Shown here: positions 1 through 8,710 of the stretch, one piece after another
How the letters are laid out: the number at the start of each line of letters is the position of its first letter
Numbering within the stretch: position 1 is the stretch's first letter
Assembly: GCA_900553785.1 (NCBI GenBank)
Contig: USES01000002.1
Coordinates: 15,326-79,325, forward strand
Direction of reading: 5' to 3'
Origin: an uncultured Clostridium sp.
Lineage (GTDB): Bacteria > Bacillota > Clostridia > TANB77 > CAG-465
DNA length: 64,000 nucleotides
Made by a program: the position numbers and the translations under genes
The notes under the pieces: generated by a model
Told to the model about the DNA's origin: nothing
What the model saw: the letters and a program-made list of their open reading frames with translations, nothing else
The model's database searches: none

Positions 1-312
1 TTAGATAAAGGTAAAGTTAGACCTAAAATCGGAAGATATGGAAAAATGAGATTGAAATTTTTAAAGGAAGAAATGAAAGCAGTTTATACAAAAATGTTAA
101 TGGAAGATACACTAACAGATTATCTTTTAGAGGTAGATGCTCGAGCAACAGATATGGAAAATATGTTGATAAATGATATGAAAAAGAGAGCAAATATTGA
201 TGAAAAATTAAAAGAAACTGACCAAATGAAATGGGTAGGGATGATGAATAATATAGCTCATTCTGCAAGAGAAATTGCCTTTGAAAAATGTATAAATACT
301 TATAATATTTAA
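1..312 (+). CDS. TnpV-like transposon accessory protein (5' end lies outside the window)
   Basis: The frame is open from nt 1. The sequence ...GRYGKMRLKFLKEE...LKETDQMKWVGMMNNIAHSAREIA... follows the conserved GxYGRMRxxFLKE / DQMxWVxxMNNI pattern of Tn4451-type TnpV proteins. Confidence 0.6.
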   Translation, partial: LDKGKVRPKIGRYGKMRLKFLKEEMKAVYTKMLMEDTLTDYLLEVDARATDMENMLINDMKKRANIDEKLKETDQMKWVGMMNNIAHSAREIAFEKCINTYNI

Positions 313-424
313 TAAAAAGTGCTTGGATTTTATAAAAAAATCTGAGCGCTTTTTAACATTATTTTTATAAAAAATAATTAAAAAATAAGTTGGAGAAATA
401 TGTAATGGGAGTATAATTTTTGTG

Positions 425-476
425 GTGCCAGCACTGAATTTGTACTCCCGTACAAATTCTACATGGGAATTCCCAT
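425..476. promoter_or_regulatory. Three consecutive palindromes upstream of the methyltransferase gene
   Basis: gtgc-ca-gcac (425-434), gaatttgtac-tccc-gtacaaattc (436-459) and atgggaa/ttcccat (463-476). The patch is locally G+C-richer than its A+T-rich flanks. Confidence 0.25.
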
Positions 477-566
477 ACCCTTTTGAAGAAAAAACAATTA
501 ATTTGCTAATAAGCCTTCTCAAAATAAAAAAGGTATGATATAATTCAAGTCGGAGGTTATATTAAT

Positions 567-3086
567 ATGACAAAAAATGACAAACTAACATATATTAGTT
601 TATTTAGTAGTGCAGGTATAGGTTGTTATGGATTTAAAATGGAAGATTTTGAGTGTATAGCTACTAATGAATTGATAGAAAGAAGATTAAATATACAAAA
701 AGTAAACAAGAAATGTAGATATGAGTCTGGTTATATTTGTGGAGATATAACCTTGGATGAAACTAAAGATTTATTATTTAATGAAATAAATATGTGGAAA
801 AATAAGGAAAAGTTAGATAACGTAGATGTTGTTATAGCAACTCCACCATGTCAAGGTATGTCGGTAGCTAATTTGAAAAAGAATAATGAAATTAACAGAA
901 ATTCATTAGTTATTGAATCAATAAAACTTATAAAAGAAATAAAGCCAAAGATTTTTGTTTTCGAAAATGTAGCAGCATTCTTAAAAACAGCTTGTATAGA
1001 TATTGATGAAAATGTAAAATCTATTGATGATGCTATAAATAATAATTTAAGTAAAGACTATGTTATTATGAGTAGAATAATAAATTTTAAAGATTATGGT
1101 TCTAATTCTAGCAGAACAAGAACATTAGTAATAGGTGTGAAAAATGAATTTGAAGATGTAATATCACCTATTGATTTATTTCCTAAAAGGAAAAGGGAAA
1201 AAACTCTTGAAAAGGTTATAGGAAATTTAAGACCATTAAATAAATTCGGGGAAATTGATGAAGAAGATATATATCACTTTTTTAGAGTTTACCCAGAACA
1301 TATGAGAGAGTGGATACATGACTTGAAAGAGGGAGAGTCTGCATTTGATAATGAACAAGATGAAAAAAAACCTCATACTATTGTTGATGGAAAAATAAAA
1401 ATAAATGTACAAAAAACAGGAGATAAATATAAGAGACAATATTGGAATAAGGTTGCACCATGCATTCATACAAGAAATGATCAACTTGCCAGTCAAAATA
1501 CTATACATCCATCAGATGATAGAGTTTTTAGTATTAGAGAATTAATGAATATAATGACTATTCCAAAACAATTTAAGTGGGTTGAGCAAGATGAAAAATA
1601 TCTTAATAAAATGACAGAAATAGAGAAAAGAAAGTTTTTAAAGAAAGAAGAAATAAACATAAGACAATCTATTGGAGAAGCAGTACCTACAGAAATATTT
1701 AGGCAAATTGCATTTAATGTGAAAAACAGTTTAAATAGAAAAAACTATAAATTAAAAGATATTAATAAAATTATAACAGATTTAAATTTAACAGATAATG
1801 GGAACTTGAGTGAATATATAAAAGAAAATAGTACAACATTATCTTTCACAACATTATCTAAAATTGCAGAATTATCGAACGCTGAAAGAAATAACGAAGA
1901 AGCATTTTACACAAACAAATCATTGTTAAATTACATATATAAGGAGCTCCCTGATATCAATAAGAAAGAAATTAGAGTTTTAGAACCATCAGTAGGAGTG
2001 GGAAACTTTATTCCTTACATTATATCTAGATATAGTTATGCAGAAAAGTTAATAATAGATGTAGTAGATATAAATGACTATTCAATAGGAATATTAAAGC
2101 AATTATTGAAAATAGTGAATGTTCCTGAAAATGTAGAAATTAATTTTATTAATGATGACTTTTTATTACATGATTTTAGTAATAGATATGATTTGATTAC
2201 AGGAAATCCACCTTTTTCAAAAATTACTAACAATAAAGGTTTATTAAAAAAATATAGACAGGAATGTATAAATGATGAATCAAAGAATACAGCATCATAC
2301 TTTATAGAAAAATCGCTTAGAATAGCTGATAATGTTGTAATGATTATGCCAAAATTCTTATTAAATACTCCTGAATACAAAAAAACAAGAGAGTATTTAG
2401 AGAGCTTTTCTATAAATTCAATAGTAGACTTTGGAGAAAAAGGATTTGAAGGTGTACTTATTGAAACTATTTGTATTAATATTAGTACAAATAGTATGTC
2501 TAAAAATACAAAAGTAATTTCTGTACCATACAATATAAATATTATTCAAAAGCAATCTTATATAACTGATAAAAAATTACCATATTGGATAATATATAGA
2601 GATAAATATTTTGATAATATTTTTGATATTATGGAATTTGATATATTTACCGTATTTAGAGATAGACAAATAACTAATAGTAATACTACAAAAAAGCAAA
2701 AGGATATTTGGGTTATAAAATCTAGAAATATATCAGATAATGGAAAACAAATAGAACATATAGAAGACTATGACCAATATATAAGTAAAGGTAATTTAGA
2801 ATCTATGAGTGTTAATAAGTATCTGAACGATGAAACCGTTTATATGACACCTAATATGACATACAAACCTAGAGTGTGCAAGAAACCGATAGGAACAGTA
2901 GTTAATGGTTCGGTGGCTATATTAATTCCTAAAGACGAAAGAATTGTTTTAACACAAAAAGAAATGGAATTTTATTCAACAGACCAATATAGAAACTTTT
3001 ACAGAATAGCAAGAAACTATCAGACAAGGTCATTAAATGTAGATAATAATTCGGTATTTTTCTTTGGAAAAATGAAGGAGCAATAA
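567..3086 (+). CDS. Fused DNA methyltransferase: N-terminal C5-cytosine MTase plus C-terminal gamma-class N6-adenine MTase
   Basis: A ggagg RBS lies upstream. m5C motifs: I FSSAGIGCYGF, IV TPPCQGMS, VI FVFENV, VIII SRTRTLVIG, X GEAVPTEIF. m6A motifs: I VLEPSVGVGNF and IV GNPPF (Eco57I/TaqI-like). Confidence 0.85.
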   Translation: MTKNDKLTYISLFSSAGIGCYGFKMEDFECIATNELIERRLNIQKVNKKCRYESGYICGDITLDETKDLLFNEINMWKNKEKLDNVDVVIATPPCQGMSVANLKKNNEINRNSLVIESIKLIKEIKPKIFVFENVAAFLKTACIDIDENVKSIDDAINNNLSKDYVIMSRIINFKDYGSNSSRTRTLVIGVKNEFEDVISPIDLFPKRKREKTLEKVIGNLRPLNKFGEIDEEDIYHFFRVYPEHMREWIHDLKEGESAFDNEQDEKKPHTIVDGKIKINVQKTGDKYKRQYWNKVAPCIHTRNDQLASQNTIHPSDDRVFSIRELMNIMTIPKQFKWVEQDEKYLNKMTEIEKRKFLKKEEINIRQSIGEAVPTEIFRQIAFNVKNSLNRKNYKLKDINKIITDLNLTDNGNLSEYIKENSTTLSFTTLSKIAELSNAERNNEEAFYTNKSLLNYIYKELPDINKKEIRVLEPSVGVGNFIPYIISRYSYAEKLIIDVVDINDYSIGILKQLLKIVNVPENVEINFINDDFLLHDFSNRYDLITGNPPFSKITNNKGLLKKYRQECINDESKNTASYFIEKSLRIADNVVMIMPKFLLNTPEYKKTREYLESFSINSIVDFGEKGFEGVLIETICINISTNSMSKNTKVISVPYNINIIQKQSYITDKKLPYWIIYRDKYFDNIFDIMEFDIFTVFRDRQITNSNTTKKQKDIWVIKSRNISDNGKQIEHIEDYDQYISKGNLESMSVNKYLNDETVYMTPNMTYKPRVCKKPIGTVVNGSVAILIPKDERIVLTQKEMEFYSTDQYRNFYRIARNYQTRSLNVDNNSVFFFGKMKEQ

Positions 3087-3087
3087 T

Positions 3088-4359
3088 ATGGAAGAAAAAA
3101 TCAAACAATTTTTAAATAGTAATGATTATGATATTAGAAAAAATAATAATGCAAGATGGATAGATCAGAAATGTACTATGGACGTTCTTTCTGTTGTTGC
3201 GGATTGCATTATTGAGTTTGTAGGGGATGAAATAGAAAAAGAATTTACAACTAATGATATATGGTATAATGAATATACAGTTGAAAATGTTCAAAGTATA
3301 TTTAACAAACCAAATCCTGCTGATGAGGCAAGAAATGAGTATGACAAATGGTTTGGACAACCACTAAAATTATTGGGTAATGCAAAAGTTCTTATTGAAG
3401 AAAAAAGAGGTAATAGAAATTATTATAAAGTAAATAATATGGAAATCTTGAAATACATAGCGTCTAGGGATAGATTCGCACACAAATTTTTGGTTTTATA
3501 TATAACAAAAGTTTTACAAGATTCAGATATATATAGTTATTTTGATAATTTCTTTCAACAACAAAACAGGGAAAGTTATCAAAAATTGAAAGTAAAATAT
3601 CACAGTTTTATTCAAGAGAATACACGTATTAATGGAGATTTAGAATGTGGTAGAATATTTGCTAAGGTATTAAATCCATTGGCATTCGAATTAAAGAAAC
3701 GTGGAACTGAAAGAGGTTCAATATCATCAAATATAATAACACTAGATATGTTAATGTATAATAGGCCTAATTGGAGAGATATTTATAACAAGAAACCGAA
3801 GGAAATGACAAGAATTGATTTTGAAAGAATGTATGAAATTTCAAAAGATGATAAAATGTCAGCATATAAAATAAATAAAGCTAAAAGACAGTTAAAACAA
3901 TATAATATCAAATATAATGATGGAATATCAGAAATATTAAATGGCGTTGAGAATGGTGAAAAAGCAACTCATATGCATCATATATTTATGGCTTCAGAAT
4001 TCCCATTAATAGCATCATATGTTGAAAATTTAATAGCATTAACACCAACACAACATTTGAATCATGCTCATATAAATGGAAATACGAATTCAATTAATTA
4101 TGATTTTCAGAGATTGTGTTTAATTGCTAAGGTTGGAAAAATAAAAGAATGTCTAGAGGATGAAGAAAAAGAAAAAATATATAGTTTTGAAGATTTGTGT
4201 TATGTACTCAATGTTGGATTTAGCACAGATAAATTTGAGTATGTAGCAGTTTTTGATTTTACTACCATATTGGAATATATTGATTTTATGTATGTTACAG
4301 CAGGCGGAGAAAGTGATTGGCTTGTTGCAGAAGAACGTAAAGATGAGTATCATGTTTAA
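3088..4359 (+). CDS. Putative HNH-type restriction endonuclease partner of the fused MTase
   Basis: The ATG is 1 nt after the MTase stop, suggesting translational coupling. The HNH-like signature is THMHHIF...ENLIALTPTQHLNHAH. Confidence 0.55.
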   Translation: MEEKIKQFLNSNDYDIRKNNNARWIDQKCTMDVLSVVADCIIEFVGDEIEKEFTTNDIWYNEYTVENVQSIFNKPNPADEARNEYDKWFGQPLKLLGNAKVLIEEKRGNRNYYKVNNMEILKYIASRDRFAHKFLVLYITKVLQDSDIYSYFDNFFQQQNRESYQKLKVKYHSFIQENTRINGDLECGRIFAKVLNPLAFELKKRGTERGSISSNIITLDMLMYNRPNWRDIYNKKPKEMTRIDFERMYEISKDDKMSAYKINKAKRQLKQYNIKYNDGISEILNGVENGEKATHMHHIFMASEFPLIASYVENLIALTPTQHLNHAHINGNTNSINYDFQRLCLIAKVGKIKECLEDEEKEKIYSFEDLCYVLNVGFSTDKFEYVAVFDFTTILEYIDFMYVTAGGESDWLVAEERKDEYHV

Positions 4360-4507
4360 AATATAATAATTTTTATATAAAACAAAATATTAATGCAAAT
4401 AGCATTGGTGTTTTGTTTTTTTTATAACTAAATGAGAAAATATGATAAATAGTTTAAGTTTACATTTGATACATAAAGTGGTAAAATATAGCAAAAGTGA
4501 GGTATAT

Positions 4508-4852
4508 ATGTTGAAAAAAGAAAAAAGTTTTTGGACTTATTTAATATTTATTATTGGTATAGGATTAATTTGTAGTTGGAATAAGTGTATAGAACTAGTA
4601 AGTATATCATTAGATTGGATGAAACTAATTGCAGAATTATTAAATGACATTGTAATAAAATTTACAGGAGATGGACTCATTACTACTGTGTTTATGCATT
4701 TAATTACATACGGTTTAGTTGGTATAATATTTTACTTTATTCCATTAAGGAAGAAAATAGGAAGTTTATTTGGTAAAGTTTGTTATTGGTTAACAAGTGG
4801 AATAGTAGGAACAATATTAAATTATATAAATGCTAAAATATTTAATTTATAG
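4508..4852 (+). CDS. Small multi-pass membrane protein, function unknown
   Basis: ATG at 4508 sits behind a gtgaggt RBS. I predict three hydrophobic helices (YLIFIIGIGLIC, TVFMHLITYGLVGIIFYFI, WLTSGIVGTIL). Confidence 0.4.
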   Translation: MLKKEKSFWTYLIFIIGIGLICSWNKCIELVSISLDWMKLIAELLNDIVIKFTGDGLITTVFMHLITYGLVGIIFYFIPLRKKIGSLFGKVCYWLTSGIVGTILNYINAKIFNL

Positions 4853-5078
4853 ATAAGAAAAAATGAATAATAAACAATATGAAAGTGAAAAAATTACAAA
4901 GAAAAATGCCACAAGAAAGTAATCAGGTTTTTAGAAAATTACAGGATTACAATCTAATAATGTAAAAGGAATAACAAATTGGCTAATAGATTCTATTAAA
5001 TTATTACATTCAATTTAGGTATAGTTCAAAAAATAAAAGGCTTATGAAAAAAACATTTTTATTTTTGGGGGGATTTAT

Positions 5079-6116
5079 ATGTTATTAGAAGTTCAAAATA
5101 TATTGCAAAATGATAATTTAGATTATAATAATATAGATAAGTATTTAAAAGATGGCCATGATGAAATATTAAATGAATTATTAAATAATATTAATAAATT
5201 TAATTTAGAATCAAAAAAAATATTACTTAATCAAATAATAATCAAAACTGCTAATAAAGATATAATTGAATCAGCTTGTATGCGTATTATATCTTATATT
5301 AAATATGAATATAGTTATTATAAAAATATTTTAAAAGTTATTGCTAATAAGCAAATTCATGGCACTTGGATTTCAGAAATCAAAAGACGTTTATTAGAAG
5401 ATAATCCTAAAACTATGTATGAAGTTTTTGAGGATTTTTCTTTTGAAAAAACCTTAGATATAAATTATGATTTAATGATAATAAATAAATTTTTAGAACA
5501 ATATGATGAAAAGAAATACTTAGAAAAAGTAATTGTTAGTAGTGAACAAGCTATAAGTATATGTAGAAAATTAAATTATATTTTAACTATAAACACAAAA
5601 AACATATTAAGATTTTATTGTTATATAATTAATACATATAATTTAACTGAAAATCAATTTAAACAATTTATGGATACTTTTTTCTTCAATTTCCCATATG
5701 TGTGTAAGGAATTTGTTTTGAATAATAATTTAGATGATAAATGCTTAATAAGAAAATATTTAGACAGTAAGATTAATGATTTTGATTCAGAAAATGAAGT
5801 TAAGTTTAATATGTCTATTTTTAAGCCTAATATTCAAAGAGTTAAAGAATATAGAAGATATCAAGCAAATCAAAGTAAAGAAATTAACAAACAAGCTCAG
5901 GAAATGTCTATATTAAGGAAACTTTGCAAAACTAATACCATTTTATATAGCAATAGATACGGAATGATTGTTAATGGTATAAATGGTGAACAACTTTCTG
6001 AAAGTAGTATGAATACAATATCATATGAATATCCATATCCACTAGAATATCTTCTTGATCCGCTTGAATATATGTATAATGTTCATAATGTATTAAAACC
6101 AGGTGAGGAGGAATAA
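5079..6116 (+). CDS. Hypothetical protein (first gene of an unknown two-gene operon)
   Basis: A 345-aa ORF behind a G-rich RBS (tggggggat). It looks all-helical and N/K/I-rich, and I recognise no motif. Confidence 0.5.
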   Translation: MLLEVQNILQNDNLDYNNIDKYLKDGHDEILNELLNNINKFNLESKKILLNQIIIKTANKDIIESACMRIISYIKYEYSYYKNILKVIANKQIHGTWISEIKRRLLEDNPKTMYEVFEDFSFEKTLDINYDLMIINKFLEQYDEKKYLEKVIVSSEQAISICRKLNYILTINTKNILRFYCYIINTYNLTENQFKQFMDTFFFNFPYVCKEFVLNNNLDDKCLIRKYLDSKINDFDSENEVKFNMSIFKPNIQRVKEYRRYQANQSKEINKQAQEMSILRKLCKTNTILYSNRYGMIVNGINGEQLSESSMNTISYEYPYPLEYLLDPLEYMYNVHNVLKPGEEE

Positions 6117-6117
6117 T

Positions 6118-7701
6118 ATGAGATTGATAGTAAAGGATTATATTTCTATGTTTAAAGAAGAACAGGAAATGGAATCTTTACTAGAAAAAATATTAATTAT
6201 GAATGATTACAGCAACATTGTAGTTCCTCAAAAGGGGGTAGGGCAGCTTGGTGTTGATTTTAGTGCTCAAAAAAATGGTGAAGTTTATTTGTTTGTTTTG
6301 AAACAGCAAGATATAGATAGAACTAATTGGGATGTTGGTATAAATGCTGTGAGACCTACCTTAAATGAAATCTTAGATTCGTATATACCACAAAGATTAA
6401 GTGATTGTAATAAAAAAATAAACATTGTATTATGTACTAATGGAAACATAAAGCAGAACGTAAAACCAAATTGGGACAACTATATTAAAAATAATAGCAA
6501 AGACAATATTAGTTATGATTTTTGGGGAATTGATGAACTGGTAAACTTAACAGAATTATTTCTTATAAATGAATATATATTTGATGAAGATATTAGGACT
6601 GAATTAAGAAAATCTTTGTATTTTTTTGAAGAAGATTTTGAACTAAAATATTTTGATAATTTATTAATAAAATTAATAGAAAAAATAGATATTAAAAATA
6701 GAAGAAGAAAAATATATAAAAAATCTATAATTGTTTATACTATTATTACTAAAATGTGCATAGCTTATTCAATAAAACAAAATTCTAAAATAGCCGTAAA
6801 TATGAGCGAAAAATCATTGATTAGATATTGGAATTTTATATCTAAAAACAATTTGTTTGAAAAAGATATAGAAATGGAGTATTTACATATATTATCAGGA
6901 TATTATACAGATAGCTGTAAAAAATATATTGAAGAAATAAAAAAAGTTTATAAATATAAGCCTAGTTTCCCAATATATAATAGTATTGAATATAGGATAT
7001 TGATATATGAGGCAATAGGAATAATTACAAATTATACATATTATTTATATTACTACAATGGATTAATTGATGAAGTTGAAGAAAATATAAACTTATTAAT
7101 AATGCTAATTAATAACAATGTATCTTTTTATTATCCTTTATATGATAGTAATGCAATAGAAATAAATGCTTTAGTTTATCTTTTGAAAGAAGTTGGCAAT
7201 GATCAGGGAAGTAATATTGTTTGGATACTTTTAAATAAAATTGTTTCGAGAATAGTTAAAAGCAAATCATATTATCCTGTGGAATATGAGGATTATCAAA
7301 AAGCATTAGATATGTTTTATGAAAAAGAAGTAGAAGAATGTAAAGCAACTTTGTTAATTACTAATTTGATAGAATGGTTATACATATACAAAAAAGATGA
7401 AGATATAAATGAGATAATGGATGTTATTTATAAAAAATATCCTAATATAACTTTAAATACTTTACAGATCATTCCTGATTTAGAAGAATTATATCTAGAG
7501 GGGAATTTTCATGGTTCGTCAATTACATATATTATAGATTATAAGAATAAAAAACAAGTGAATAATATTATAAAACAATTGAAAAAAGAATATAAGTTGT
7601 CTAAATACAAATTTTATAAATATTCTGCTATGCTGTATTTATTTATTGCTTCTAGAAATTATAGACTTCCATTACCATCTACGATAATTTATAAAGATTA
7701 A
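6118..7701 (+). CDS. Hypothetical protein with a possible restriction-endonuclease-like N-terminal domain and a helical C-terminal region
   Basis: ATG is 1 nt after the upstream stop and sits behind a gaggagg RBS. The N-terminus ...QLGVDFSAQKNGEVYLFVLKQQ... resembles the D...(E/Q)xK strand pattern of Mrr-like nucleases, but the match is not canonical. Confidence 0.45.
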   Translation: MRLIVKDYISMFKEEQEMESLLEKILIMNDYSNIVVPQKGVGQLGVDFSAQKNGEVYLFVLKQQDIDRTNWDVGINAVRPTLNEILDSYIPQRLSDCNKKINIVLCTNGNIKQNVKPNWDNYIKNNSKDNISYDFWGIDELVNLTELFLINEYIFDEDIRTELRKSLYFFEEDFELKYFDNLLIKLIEKIDIKNRRRKIYKKSIIVYTIITKMCIAYSIKQNSKIAVNMSEKSLIRYWNFISKNNLFEKDIEMEYLHILSGYYTDSCKKYIEEIKKVYKYKPSFPIYNSIEYRILIYEAIGIITNYTYYLYYYNGLIDEVEENINLLIMLINNNVSFYYPLYDSNAIEINALVYLLKEVGNDQGSNIVWILLNKIVSRIVKSKSYYPVEYEDYQKALDMFYEKEVEECKATLLITNLIEWLYIYKKDEDINEIMDVIYKKYPNITLNTLQIIPDLEELYLEGNFHGSSITYIIDYKNKKQVNNIIKQLKKEYKLSKYKFYKYSAMLYLFIASRNYRLPLPSTIIYKD

Positions 7702-7790
7702 ACCTAAAAATACGATATATTGTATAAATAAATTAAAAAAATATATATATTATTTTTAATATATATAAGATTTTAATAAAATATTATATA

Positions 7791-7828
7791 CAACTGTGCT
7801 ACAAAATAACAAATGTGTAGCACAGTTG
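7791..7828. terminator. Bidirectional intrinsic terminator between convergent genes
   Basis: A 13-bp perfect stem, caactgtgctaca / tgtagcacagttg, with a 12-nt loop. A/T runs flank it on both sides. Confidence 0.7.
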
Positions 7829-7836
7829 TAAAGTTT

Positions 7837-8130
7837 TTATTCATCAAAACATCCCATAACTAACTGAGAGCCATCAACAAATTCATTTCTATAATATTTC
7901 TCCTTCCAATAGGCAATGTAATCTAAAAAGTTATTATCAAGTTTATTTAATTGTTTTTCAACGTACTTTTTATTTTCTTTTGGAACATTCCTTAAAATAC
8001 TTTCACTAATCTCGTCAAAATAAATCCAATGTTTTCTATCCTCATCACATTTTAAAGAAGATAAATCTTCTTCTCTAAATAATAACCAAGCTTTTAAAAT
8101 ATCATCATTAACTTCTCTTAAATTTTTCAT
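7837..8130 (-). CDS. Small DUF6809-like protein typical of Firmicutes mobile elements
   Basis: ATG at 8130 lies 7 nt after a ggagga RBS. The C-terminal ...EKYYRNEFVDGSQLVMGC resembles the YxxGFxDGxxL tail seen in small conjugative-transposon proteins. Confidence 0.4.
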   Translation of the reverse strand: MKNLREVNDDILKAWLLFREEDLSSLKCDEDRKHWIYFDEISESILRNVPKENKKYVEKQLNKLDNNFLDYIAYWKEKYYRNEFVDGSQLVMGCFDE

Positions 8131-8324
8131 AACAAAATCCTCCAATATTAAATTTAAAATTATAGAAGATTACTTCCAAATTTATCCTAAAAAAGTTGGG
8201 AAAAAATTGGGAAGAATTTATTCAAAAAACACCAAAAAAATACACAAATGTTCACTAAATCAAATCTTCTATAAATATTGAAATACCAACGAAAACTGCT
8301 AATTACCATAATTCTCAAAAGTGC

Positions 8325-8360
8325 CTTTGCCGGCGCTCATAACCCGAAGGCTATAAGGTT
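8325..8360 (+). pseudogene. Decayed fragment of an initiator tRNA-Met gene (anticodon arm only)
   Basis: The 15-nt core CTCATAACCCGAAGG of the initiator-tRNA anticodon arm, as I recall the B. subtilis sequence (GTCGGGCTCATAACCCGAAGGTC..GGTT), is exact within GCCGGCGCTCATAACCCGAAGGCTATAAGGTT; the flanks are only approximate. There is no acceptor, D arm or T arm. Confidence 0.3.
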
Positions 8361-8710
8361 ATTTTTATTTACACAATCAAAGCATATATCACTAGAACTG
8401 TAATATTTTGTGGTTCCTCGACAACTAACAATTAGTAAAAATAATATTCCAATTCATACAAAGCCAGATAAATCTAAGGATTTACTGTAAAAAATATAAG
8501 TAATATGAAAAATTATAAAATGCTCTTTAATGTTAAACTTTTTAGTTAACATCCATAAAATTCATGTTATTGTCTAATATTTCATTGGCAAACAAAATCA
8601 TAGATATAAATTAACTTATACATATCAAAATTGTATGCACATATTCCGTACTTTGCTTGTATTTTTGATGTATATATTATATAATTTCAAATATATAAGG
8701 GGAATTGAAA

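Larger units (their letters stand above)
1..8360. mobile_element. Right-hand portion of an integrated mobile element / defence island (boundaries not defined)
   Basis: Cargo is a TnpV-like gene, an R-M system, orphan genes and a DUF6809-like small gene. A 560-nt gene-free tract with a tRNA-fMet remnant follows, and the housekeeping block starts at 8711. Confidence 0.45.

Noticed and set aside
23-522. Minus-strand ORFs 23-268 and 208-522.
   Set aside because: Both are antisense to or overlap the TnpV-like frame and the palindromic intergenic region. Their composition is low-complexity Leu/Phe/Ile-rich, as expected from A+T-rich antisense DNA. They have no RBS.
1236-2533. Minus-strand ORFs inside the methyltransferase gene (1236-1508 and 2078-2533).
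   Set aside because: They lie entirely within a motif-supported plus-strand CDS. Such antisense frames are typical artefacts of low-GC DNA.
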